Position numbers and translations under genes: made by a program. Below the pieces are notes generated by a model. That model saw nothing but the letters and a program-made list of their open reading frames with translations. It had not been told where the DNA came from and searched no databases. Shown here piece after piece: positions 41,313-52,280 of a stretch of 64,000 nucleotides of DNA (within the stretch, counting starts at the first letter, position 1; every line of letters starts with the position of its first letter). This DNA comes from Marsupella aquatica (lineage: Eukaryota > Plantae > Marchantiophyta), in the NCBI GenBank assembly GCA_973895155.1, contig OZ316892.1, positions 25,505,233 through 25,569,232 of the forward strand, in the 5' to 3' direction.

Positions 41313-42210
41313 ATGGCGTCGAAGAAATTGGGGAGATTCATCCACTTCGCCAATCTGCCGCTGAGAATGCTGCTGCCTAAAAGCCTGGATAATGTCAAGG
41401 AGGTGGCCTTCAAGACCGTCCCCAGCGCCTCCAAGGTATGTCGCAGAAATTAGAAGTAGCTCGCCTTCACTGAGATTGCTGTGCTTCTGCCTTCTCTCAG
41501 TAATGCCGGCAGATTTTCTGCAGCTTAATCGACACTCTCTCTTGTTCGGTCTAGTTGAGATTTAGGTCATACTTTGGAGAGGAAAGTCATCAAAACAGAG
41601 GTAGAGGTCCAAATTTCGGGTTGAGAGATTGGGAGTGGAGCAATGTAGGGCTTAGGGTTTAGTGATTGAGACATGGATGTGCCTGTTGTGGACGTGCTTT
41701 TGTACTACGAGATTGACGTGAAGAGAGCTGTAGAATATGTGCACCTCTTGTGGAGAAATGGAAGGTTTTCGGATTTTGAAGATAGGGATCTAGCACGTTA
41801 GATATGTTAGTCCGTTGGGCCTGTTGAATTCAATAGAGATTGGAGTCTATTTAGGAGCTAGCAGTGGCGAAGTTTAACGGTTTAGGGTTTGTTGAGAAGG
41901 GAATTTTTTAATCTGGATATGGTTTTCGGTTTTGCAGATTGAAATCAAGAGAGTCCTGGAGTCTGTGTATGGTCTGGAAGTGGAGAAAGTGCACACTCTC
42001 AACATGGAGGGCAAGAAGAAGCTGAATAGAAAGAGTGGGACGTATTACAGGAGACCGGATTACAAGAAAGCTTATGTGGTACTCAAAAATTCCATTTCGC
42101 TACCAAAAGATGTGTTTCCACTGAACGCTTTTGAACAAGGAACAGAAGCGGCAACAAATCTGAAACCAACCCATAATCAAGGCGTAAGATCAGCCAAGAG
42201 GAAAAGTTAG
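41313..42210 (+). CDS. Mitochondrial-type ribosomal protein L23 (uL23m), 2 exons: 41313-41435, 41938-42210
   Basis: MASKKLGRFIHFANLPLRMLLP...AFKTVPSASK|IEIKRVLESVYGLEVEKVHTLNMEGKKK...RPDYKKAYVVL has the L23 signature (V.TLN..GK.K, KKAYV.L) and the plant mitochondrial-type IHFANLP start. Phase-0 intron. Confidence 0.9.
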
Positions 42211-43049
42211 AAGTGTATTTTTATTAGTTATTCCTCTCACTTCAACATTTTGTCTGCAAACATTACGCGAGTCTTTTAAGATCTCGATTATTGGATTACG
42301 TGCAATGATTTTCTTCAACCCTTACTGTGGAATCTTCAGATACTTCACAATTGCTGGGATAGATGTAGTAGTTGTCAATGTATAATAATTTTGATTCAAA
42401 GTTAGTGAGTTCCAGTCATCTTGGCCACTTTCAGTTAGATCATATAGGAAACTCTAGCAGTCTGTATGCTAAGTATTGAGCACTGGTTGGATTAATAGAT
42501 CATATCTTACCGCGAACTCGGAATTTGTAGGTGTGATTTGTTTCTGGTTCATGCCCCTGTAATGCCATCAAATTTGGTATTCGAAGTTTAGTAATGGTGC
42601 CAAGAAGAAGAGGGTGAACTTATAGTACTATGAGTTGTTAGTTGGCAAAGACGTTTCTTTTCAGTTGGTTTATAATCCTCTTTTGAGTTGTTTGTGTATG
42701 ACCATCGAGCTTGTGAGACCTGGTCACGATCTACTTCATTTTAATCCAGTTCATGTGCATAGAAACTCACGGAGCTCGAAACTTAAATTTTTCAAGTCAT
42801 ACTAAACGTCCACAGAGATGATGATGACAAAATGATCCAACCAGGATTGGTTCATGTTGAACAAAAGCTCCCGTCCTCTGTTTTGTAGGCCAATGCGAAC
42901 CAAAGAATATTGTTGGGATCCGTTGAAAGTTTTTGATGTGGTATGTCAACTCTGTAGTGGAGACTTCCCCGAAGGGATGCTCCCAGAGCACCAAGGTGAA
43001 TCTTAAGCATTCCATCAAAGGTAAAACACGTTTCGGTTTGTTCACTTCC

Positions 43050-43625
43050 TCGATATATGTGTTTGAAACAAACGCTGCTCTATAGTTTGCCTTCTGCAAA
43101 ACTTAAGTTTCTTGGGAGTTTATGGTGGTTTATAAGTATAACTGGAGGGAATGCCGGGAAGAAAGAAGATTTATCGCAAAAAGCGAGATGTTTCATTAAA
43201 CCATAGGCACAGCCAAGATCGAACAACGCTATGCGGAACAAAATTTCCATTGCTGCTAAAAATTCTTCCTACATTTCTTTATCTATGGAGTGCAGCTCCT
43301 AAGGCGCGCTGGAGCTTTCCCGGCCTCCCGAGTGCAATCTCGGCATCATCAACCTGAAGAGAAAATAGAGAGACCGGAACATCTTCAAATCCAGTCCGAG
43401 ATTCTGGGAAGGCTTACAAAAGTATTCCTAGAAGAGTTGAAGACAAGGCCTTCTAATTCTTACCAGGTCTAGTGAACCATTGTTTAATTTACAATTTCAG
43501 TAGATTGAAACGGAATAAAAACCAGGAATTGGAGAAAGAGAGATACCTCCTTCTTCCGAGGCACCTTTTGCTCTGACAACAGCAATTGAATGTGGGAAGG
43601 AGATGTGCAGCCTACACGTTACAGA
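43050..43625 (-). pseudogene. Inverted, degenerate duplicate of the RPL17 3' end (exon 6, intron 6, exon 7, 3'UTR)
   Basis: Minus strand: TGTAACGTGTAG| then CTSPSHIQLLLSEQKVPRKKE| (43611-43547) versus RPL17 [22 protein letters not shown]. The last exon (43353-43283) reads VDDAEIALGRP, then a 1-bp deletion, then KAPARLRSCTP* versus [23 protein letters not shown]. The intron end and 3'UTR also align with 30990-31550. Confidence 0.85.
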
Positions 43626-44859
43626 ACAAGCTACGAATAGGTGCCACTCATCCTCGCACATTAAAAGCATTTCACCAAAACCTATTGAACGAGAACGCGG
43701 CCTCTTTTTCCGATTCCTTCTCAAATCCCTTCATCCACTAATTGCGCTTCAAATTCAGTAATCGAGACAAGCAATTCAAATATCCTGATATTCAAATGAC
43801 AGAAATGAACGAAGAAGTCTCCGACGAGCCTAAGGGACGAGTGGACGAAATCACAACCGATCCAGTGTATCAAACTATTTCATCCGCAAGGACCCCCGTC
43901 CCAAAACAAATCAGATTTCACAATGTAAGCTTTTCGAGTGGGGCAGGACTTCGAATACAAATTGAGCGTTCAACACGAGAAGAGAGTAGTACAATTACCG
44001 TGGTTGGCTGCTCAGCTTCAGCCTTTTGTCCTTCCAAGAGCATTACTTGAGTTGCCCCGAGAGCTAAATTTTATGCACAGCAGAAAAGAGTCCGTTGTTC
44101 GAAAAACAAAATGGCGATGTATGATGGACTTGATCTCTACTTTTCAAAGAATCATTCATCTCAAACTAAGAGCTGCATTGTTCGATGGACTCGAGGTCTG
44201 AGTATCTTTGAAGCAGAAATTGATGAGATTGATTCTATTTGTCCACGAGATGTATGCAACTAAACAAAACACGACTTTTCTCGCCTACATGCCCTAAGAG
44301 TGGCTCGGAAAACAGAGCTCTAGCATACGTAATTCGTTGAGTATGAATTGCTCTAGGCTGCTGTGGATCAGGCTCCAAGCATCACAAAATGAAACAAGGT
44401 TCATAAATGTAATTTTACCGTTTACCAATTAGCCAATTGAAAACTTAGGCAGGCATCGAAAAAAGAAACATTTCCGGCAATTATATAACATACCTTGCTT
44501 TTCCGCACTGCCAGGACCGTGGTCCGAAAACATCGCGGCGAAGGACAAAACTGTTACAATCTCAGCTGACTTGCTGAGCCCCTGGATTGAAACCTTGTTT
44601 TACTCCTGCAGAGTGCAGAAGTGATGTGGATGCTAGACATTAAAGGTAGGGACGAAATCTGCAATCTCTGCTAAAAAGAAAGTCATCATGACAGCAATGA
44701 GATGAAACTTTCTGTCCACGAAATGTATTCAAGAATTCAGTCTTCCAGTCTTATGACTTATATGACACAAGTTACTTGAATAAACTCCGTCCATTTCGTC
44801 GACGGGAAAGGTAGTACTCCTGAGGGACATGCGGAGCTGACTGTAACGGAGAGTCGTAC

Positions 44860-47800
44860 CTATTTGAGTTTGTAACCCAAGTATTCCACCGAGCTCGTTC
44901 CCAAACAAGGACTTCTTCCATACTGGTAACTCTCAACTCCAGGAGGTTTGATTCGCAGTGCCCATTCTGCATCTGCTCTGGCTCCATCCTCATCCTTCAA
45001 TAAGAACTTCACGAGGCCCCTGTGTTTCACCATTTCATAGTCATCTGTTTCTAGCTCCAGCGCTTCATTCAAATCTACCAACGCCCCGTTTAAGTCGCCC
45101 ATCATCCTTTTCAGAACTCCCCTTTCCTGCAAGCCAAGTGATCTGTCGCCTGCTAATTCAATGAACCCATTGGCATCCCTGAGGGCCCATTCAAAATCGC
45201 CCAGCATTGCTTTCACGAAGCATCTTGCGCTGCCATCAAATAGAAGAATTTGAGTGTCTTAAAAGCGAAGACGGATCTCAAAGCCCTGGAGCTCCTTGAC
45301 TCTCATTCTCCAAATTGAAGATATTAAAACTCACACCTGAAGATTAAAATCTCACAACAAATCTTAACAATTTGTGGGAATATGGATCCTCAAAGTTATC
45401 GTGGCTCGCTCGCTCGCTCACTCTCATTCTCTGAATTAAAGATATTGTAAGTTACACCTGAAAAATTGAAATCTCACCACGAATCTTAACAGTTTGTGTG
45501 AAAAGCGTCATGATCGAATTAGATGTTTGAATCTGCATGCCCATTAGACCTTCAATCTAAATTTAGGATCAAGCTGAGAAGTTGTACCTTACAAGCCTAC
45601 CAACCATTTCAATGGCCAGAGCATTGTCGTAGGCTTCGAGTGCTCCCTTGTAGTCTCCCATACTTACTAGTGCGTCGACTTTGCCTTCATAAGCAGTACT
45701 TGACAGGTACACTCTCTCCTCCTCATTTCCATTAGTGGCAAATTCATAAGCTTGTGCACTCCAATATTGGAAGTGCCAATCCTGATGCTTATTGCTACAA
45801 GTAAGAACTCTCAAGCTTTCCAAAGCAGGTGCGTCATCCAAAAGGGCCTTTCTAAGATAACTCTTATTCTGAACTAGAGCACAACAAATGTACCATAATG
45901 CCAAGGTTACATTCATTCGTACAGCAGGGCTCACTCCCTCTCCTAAGAGTCCAACAAGCCTCCCCATTGCACCCGTATAACATCCAATCTTGATTGCATT
46001 CACCACCACATCTTTGGAAAGACTTCCTAAAGCCCAAGCTGCTTGCTCTTGTACATCTGGCTTCACTCCCTCTTCTAAGAGTCCAACAAGCCTCTCCACT
46101 GCACCCGGGTAAGATCCAATCTTGGTTGCATTTTCCACCACATTGTTGGAAATATATCCTAAAGCCCAAGCTGCTTGCTTTTGTACATCTGGATTCACTC
46201 CCCCTCCTAAGAGTCCAACAAGCCTCTCCACTGCACGCGAGTAAGATCCAATCTTGGTTGCATTCACCACCACATCTTTGGAAAGACTTCCTAAAGCCCA
46301 AGCTGCTTGTTGTTGTACATCTGGCTTCACTCCCTCTTCTAAGAGTCCAACAAGCCTCTCCACTGCACCCGGGTAAGATCCAATCTTGGTTGCATTTTTC
46401 ACCACATTGTTGGAAATATATCCTAAAGCCCAAGCTGCTTGCTTTTGTACATCTGGATTCACTCCCCCTCCTAAGAGTCCAACAAGCCTCTCCACTGCAC
46501 GCGAGTAAGATCCAATCTTGGTTGCATTCACCACCACATCTTTGGAAAGACTTCCTAAAGCCCAAGCTGCTTGTTGTTGTACATCTGGCTTCACTCCCTC
46601 TTCTAAGAGTCCAACAAGCCTCTCCACTGCACCCGGGTAAGATCCAATCTTGGTTGCATTTTCCACCACATTGTTGGAAATATATCCTAAAGCCCAAGCT
46701 GCTTGCTGTTGTACATCTGGATTCACTCCCCCTCCTAAGAGTCCAACAAGCCTCTCCACTGCACGCGAGTAAGATCCAATCTTGGTTGCATTCACCACCA
46801 CATCTTTGGAAAGACTTCCTAAAGCCCAAGCTGCTTGTTGTTGTACATCTGGCTTCACTCCCTCTTCAAAGAGTCCAACAAGCCTCTCCATTGCACCCGG
46901 GTAAGATCCAATCTTGGTTGCATTTTCCACCACATTGTTGGAAATATATCCTAAAGCCCAAATTGCTTGCTTTTGTACATCTGGATTCACTCCCCCTCCT
47001 AAGAGTCCAACAAGTCTCTCCACTGCACCGAGATAAGATCCAATCTTGGTTGCATTCTCCAAATCTTTGGACATATTTCCTATTGCCCAAGCTGCACTTC
47101 CTTGTGCATGTGGGCTTAGCCCCTCCCCTAACAATGCCACCAGCTTCTCCACGGCACCTGGATATGACACAATCTTGGTTGCATTTTCGACAATGTTTTG
47201 TGAAAGATATCCTAATGTCCTAGCTGTCTCACATTGTATATCTTGGCCAACTGCGTCTACCAAGAGTTCAATCAGTCTCTCAACTGCACCTGAATGAGAT
47301 CCAATCTTGACTGCATCTCCTACATTGTGAAAAGATAAGCCTTGGAAGAGATAAAGAACTTCTCTGAGTTGAGGTCGAAAGTCAGATTTTGTTTGCTGGA
47401 GAACGGCCATCAACGCAGGAAGGATCTGGTCATTGCTTTCCTTGAAGAGAGGCCTTTGGATTATGAGTGTGAATTGTAGCAAGGCTTGGCATGCACCTGA
47501 GATCGTTTCTTGCATAAATAGTAACTCAATAATCTTTTTCTGGTTCAACTCACCCAAAAGTAGATATTCTTCAAGAATCTACACATATGCAGCGGACTAG
47601 GTAAGTTAGTAGGTCTAGTACAGTACCACTGTCTTACAGTGAACACGCATAGCTGAACAACTTATTCCCTTCTTTTGAGTGTGTATAACTCAAAGTTGAG
47701 GCCAACGATTCAGAGTCATATTTGATGATCCAAACCTCAAATGTTATATATACAATTTCTGCTTATATTATCCCGACGGAGATCATTGATTCATATATTT

Positions 47801-49890
47801 TAAAGATGATAGTAGACAGCTGGCCTCTAAACAGTCAAAATTTCTAAAATTCTCATTATCGTAGGGATTGAGATTCTAAAGAATTACCTTTTTCGTCGCT
47901 TGATGTGATTTCTTTTGCCACTCCTCTTCACCATCTGCATTTAGTAGCCAGACGAATGTTCTGATTGAAGACAATGTTGAGATGCCAAGCTTGTCGGTAT
48001 CATTCACAAATTGATTTACCGGAATCCCCAGCGTGCTTGCTGCTTTGTTACGCCATGACTCTTGCCCGTACAAAACTAGCAATATAGCAGCAACATTATC
48101 ATTTGTAATATACTCCATCAACTTGGAAAACATCATGGCAATTTCCTCCTCCTTTATCTGACTTATAAAATTTTGTCGCATGGTATGCAAGGACCAACTC
48201 CTTTGAGGGTTATCACGTCTTCTTGGATCTGTTGGGCTATCGATCTGAATGAAGTTGATGGTCTCCATGTGCTCACAGCACCTAGAGAATTTAGCCAAGC
48301 TGGAGTGTATAATCTTGAACAACGTCTTGAAGACTACTTCAGGAACAAGCTCGCTTTCAAACACAGATGCTAAGAGTAAAAGAGTTTGCTCTTCACTTGA
48401 GAAAGAACTCAACGCCATTTCGATTGATGCTCCCATGGTACGTTTCGAGTAAGTACGACCAAACAGAGTAACAGGTCTTTGGTCATCCCCATTCTGTAGG
48501 TCCGAAAGATATCTAAGAGTAGATTCCCATTCCTGTAGTTGTGAAGCTTTTCCAACGCCTATGTTTGTTGCAACATTAGCCAACACCAAAGGGTTGGAAG
48601 CAGATTTGTCAATAATCTGATTGATTTGGTCCTGGCAGAGTCAGTGAACATTAATTAGACGTATATGTATAATTGTCAGTAGCGACAATTTCTAGTCCTA
48701 GTTCACAGAACCATTCGCTCTAAAAAAAATGCCAATCGTCAGAAAATACCTGTGAACAAAATGCAGGACTAGGTTCAAACAACTTTTACCTGTATATCCG
48801 AGGTCACTTCTTGGGGAAAGCCTTTAACATGGTTTGCAAGAATTTGGTTCGCCTGTTGGGAAGTCGGTAGAGAAATTGGAATTTCAACACAAACAGCATC
48901 AGTCCACAGTCCTGGACGCTGAGTAGTGATTAGGTATTGAATCCCTTGCTGTTGCACCAAAAGCCTGTCTACTATCATGGAATCCCACACGTCATCGAGT
49001 ATAATCAGCACCATTTGATTTGCTAGTCGAGCTGAAAGTTGCTTGTGCATAGCATCCTCAGATTGCAAAGCGAAAGCAATCTCAACAGCTGAGCTCGCTT
49101 CACCTTGGCCAGCTGACGTAGGAAGAGCTTGGTATCCCAAATCTTGCCACAATTGCATGAGTAGGCTCTTGCAGTCTGCCTTCTTACCGCAACGTAAGAA
49201 AAATACACCGTCCACAAACCGTTTGGAAGCAGGGGCGATCTGAGTACCCTGAGTTTGCCCTTGGCCGCCTTGAGTCGTGTCTAGGGGATCTACGCCATCT
49301 TGGTAGAGACAAGCCAAGTATCTCGCCATGCTGGATTTGCCTTGGCCGGGTCCTCCAGAAACTACCACAATGGGGCCAGTGTTTACACGTTCCAGAGCCA
49401 TTCGAACTGCCCTGATGGATGCCTCAAGTGGCACATATTTCCTATCGGGTAAGAATGGCAGACGAGCGACTCGACAGAGAGAGGCCTTTTCAAGTTGCTG
49501 TGTTCGTTCTGCTTGCTGAGAAATCATTTCTGGTAGGGTCTCAAAGGCTGTAATAACACTGTTCAAAGCTCCTATTAATGATTCTGGAAATAACAGTCGT
49601 CTCCCGACCCTACAGCAACAATTTTGTTGGAGCTTTTGTAGCTGAAGTTCTTCCTGGTCTAGAAGCTGAACAGCCAACTCCAGCACGGGCCCAATAAATG
49701 GGTCGGCGCTCATTCCATATCTGTTGAGGAGGGATGTCCAGTTGTTTGATTGTTGATTTAGAACAGCCAATCGTACTGGAAATAACTTCATAGCTTGGGA
49801 TGTTTTGTACCAATCCAAAGCAGTCTGTTGGGCGAAGGCAGTAGCCTTGGTAATCAAATTCACCAACGCATTTGCCTCGGCAACAGCCAT
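44860..49890 (-). CDS. NLR-like STAND protein, copy 1: N-terminal helical (CC/RPW8/MLKL-like) domain - NB-ARC - about 12 ARM repeats - about 4 TPR; exons 49890-48790, 48631-47888, 47578-45588, 45229-44860; about 1401 aa
   Basis: Walker A GGPGQGKSS, RNBS-A-like FVDGVFFLRCG, Walker B LIILDDVWD, RNBS-B YLITTQR, GLPL-like SNPLVLANVA, MHD-position SLHTMRQ. ARM consensus AVERLVGLL...VQ.QAAWALG. TPR-like helices MGDYKGALEAYDNAL and RGVLKRMMGDLNGALVDLNEAL. The three GT-AG introns (phases 0, 0, 2) keep frame. Confidence 0.88.
45971..47026 (-). repeat. Coding tandem array: 8 x 132 bp (44-aa ARM) organised as 4 x 264-bp dimers
   Basis: GACTTCCTAAAGCCCAAGCT recurs at 46021, 46285, 46549 and 46813 (period 264). 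YISNN-type and SLSKD-type repeats strictly alternate. Confidence 0.97.
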
Positions 49891-52081
49891 GATAACTTCC
49901 GGACTGATCACCTGGCTATTTGCTTGTTGATAGCTAATTTGGCACGAGGTAGGACCAGAACAGGTAGCCACAGGGCCTTGCCGCCCTGAACAGAACGCAA
50001 GAACTGTCTATCACTGTAAGCGGTCACAACATTTTGCCAAGGACTAGCCAGTTGATCGAAATTTAAAATTCAGGAGATATTACCTATGGAATACGTTTGG
50101 CAGCAGATACCTACACCAAAACGCGCCTACGGAGACCATGATTAATCCTCATATTCTGCCTCTGTTTAATGTTTCTTCCTTACTACATATCTCTACATTT
50201 CTAGTAACACGTACTCAGGTGGCGGATGGTTTAGCCATCTTAGCCTGTGCTAGTCAGCACCTGTCATGATGAGGATCTCACTAATTATCTAGAGTTGGAT
50301 CAAGATCTTTCAGTATCGTTAATTTCTCAGTACACCGGAAGCCGGCTGTAATCGTCGGTAGCTGTTGACCGTCAAGTTCAGTCCTTCGTCCCGGAGACAA
50401 ATTGCAGAGTTCCGAGATAAACCTCACCTATAGACGAGCCAATTGTTATCAAGTCTCAAATTTAGTGAATGGTGAAGAAAACAGGAACGAATGGCAGATT
50501 ACCCAAACTAAGACGAGTCACGGTGAAATCAAACGATGTCTTCCTGAGGGAAACACGCGGCATCTTGCTCCCACTGATAATATGGCATCATATGGGAGCG
50601 GTTGGGGTCGAGCATACAGCAGGGGATATGCAATCCCTCAAACACTAACATCTTTGCATAGACTTCACACATCCAATGCCAGAAAGCGGAGAGGGCATGG
50701 TGCTATTTAGCTAGCTAGCAGAAAAGCAGGTGACAAGAACCAAGGTGCTGAACTAATGGCTTACCTCACCTGGTTCGCAGGATAACAACCGTAGCTGGTC
50801 GTTGATCGAAAAGCAATGCCCGTATATGCTTATGAGTCGAAGGCTCGTATTGGGACCTCCCATGGAAGAGGGCGCGCCTCCCGTCACATTTGTAGCTAAC
50901 TACGCCAAATTTCCATCGACTTCGACCCTGCGCGCTGAGCCGTGGACTGTAAACTTGGCATCTTGTTGAGAGAAATGTACACCAACTTCGATCACAATAC
51001 CATATACCACATCAAAGACATCGAAAATTGAAGTGATCGCAGAATTAACTTCCTTTCAAATTCCATGGCCTGGGACGAAGCTAAGCTGTAGTGAACAGAC
51101 CTGACAGCTTTCCTAGCGAGACGACTTCATCGACCAGAGAAAACTTACCACATCAGATTAGACACCGACAGCTGAACTGCCCATTTCGACCCCTCCACAG
51201 ATCCTTAATTACTAGACAGTGCGCTCTTCAGATTGCGTGTCTGACTTCATTTGAGATATCCATCATTCGGGAGCTCAGAGTCTACCGATTGGAGAGATGA
51301 TGTATCGTGAGGATTCCCACCAAAACTGAGTTTGGGTCGACTCGCAACCTCGCTAGACAGATTCAACTATACACTGCCTGGAACACTGCCGTGTAGATGC
51401 AAGTCATCTCTCGTCCCAGATAAGGGAAACACGGCTTTGGGCATGCGAGTCCGTAATGGGTCTTTCCGGGAAGTGCATTCCGAAGGGCTCAGTTTCAACA
51501 CCAGAGATTCTCCAGCTTAGTATATTATTATTTAAGCGGATATGAGAAGCAAAAAGAGGGACCACGCGGTATAGTGGTCGGTGATCCAATGCGCCATTAC
51601 AATTACACTCATTGGAACCAAACTTGTAAGTGGTGACATTTCGTAAGAACTAGCGTACTAGTTCATGCCCGTGCGTTCGGTGCCATCGGATCAACACCTG
51701 CCAAGGCGTCCCCACATACTACCTCCACTTAAAGTAAATGGGATTTTAAGGCGGACATCACCAGATAGTGTCCTAATAACCCGTACTATTTTATATAGAG
51801 TACTCATACTCACTTACTAGGGATGCTCAGACTGACCTGGTATGGGTGATGAAAGTCGTGGTTTCAGTCAATCGTGGTAGTCCGATGAATTCCATTGGAG
51901 CATCAACTCCAAGTCGTGCTTCCAGACTCTTCCCCCCCCCCCCTTCCCCCCGCCCCCCTTGGCCTCCCAAGTTTCTCCACGCTGATGCTGGAAGCATACT
52001 TCCGATAGACTTATGCGATCACCCCATCGCCCACAGTACACAAATGAAATGGGCGGCAGCTCGTACGCCTTGGCCGTCGAG

Positions 52082-52280
52082 CTTTGCAACAGTGACAACG
52101 AGGGTTTGAGCCCGAGTTTGTCAAAATCAGTTGCTTCTATGCAAAAACAATTGCACTATATCCTGTGTTATACCCGGGGCTATAGACCTTGGGCATCGAT
52201 CTTTGCAACAGTGGCAACGAAGATTTGAGCCCGAATCGATCAAAATCAATTGCTTCTATGCAAAAACAATTGCACTGTAT
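52082..52280. repeat. 119-bp-period direct repeat in the spacer between the NLR-like copies
   Basis: CTTTGCAACAGTG.CAACGA...TTTGAGCCCGA...TGCTTCTATGCAAAAACAATTGCACT at 52082 and 52201. Confidence 0.85.

Noticed and set aside
45864-46829. 321-aa Cys/Trp-rich repetitive ORF (minus strand, alternative frame)
   Set aside because: It is a shadow of the ARM array: a stop-free 264-bp unit repeated four times keeps other frames open. It has no independent start or splice support.
45971-47026. CRISPR-like or satellite interpretation of the periodic array
   Set aside because: There are no unique spacers, and the repeats are in-frame codons of an ARM solenoid in a eukaryotic gene.
45994-47223. 409-aa antisense ORF with LHxP/W repeats
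   Set aside because: Same repeat artefact; it is confined to the array and fragmented in copy 2.
50402-50710. About 100-aa plus-strand ORF also present at 59315-59665
   Set aside because: It is shared only because of the segmental duplication, has a non-ATG start, no recognisable domain, and is antisense to the likely NLR 5' leader.
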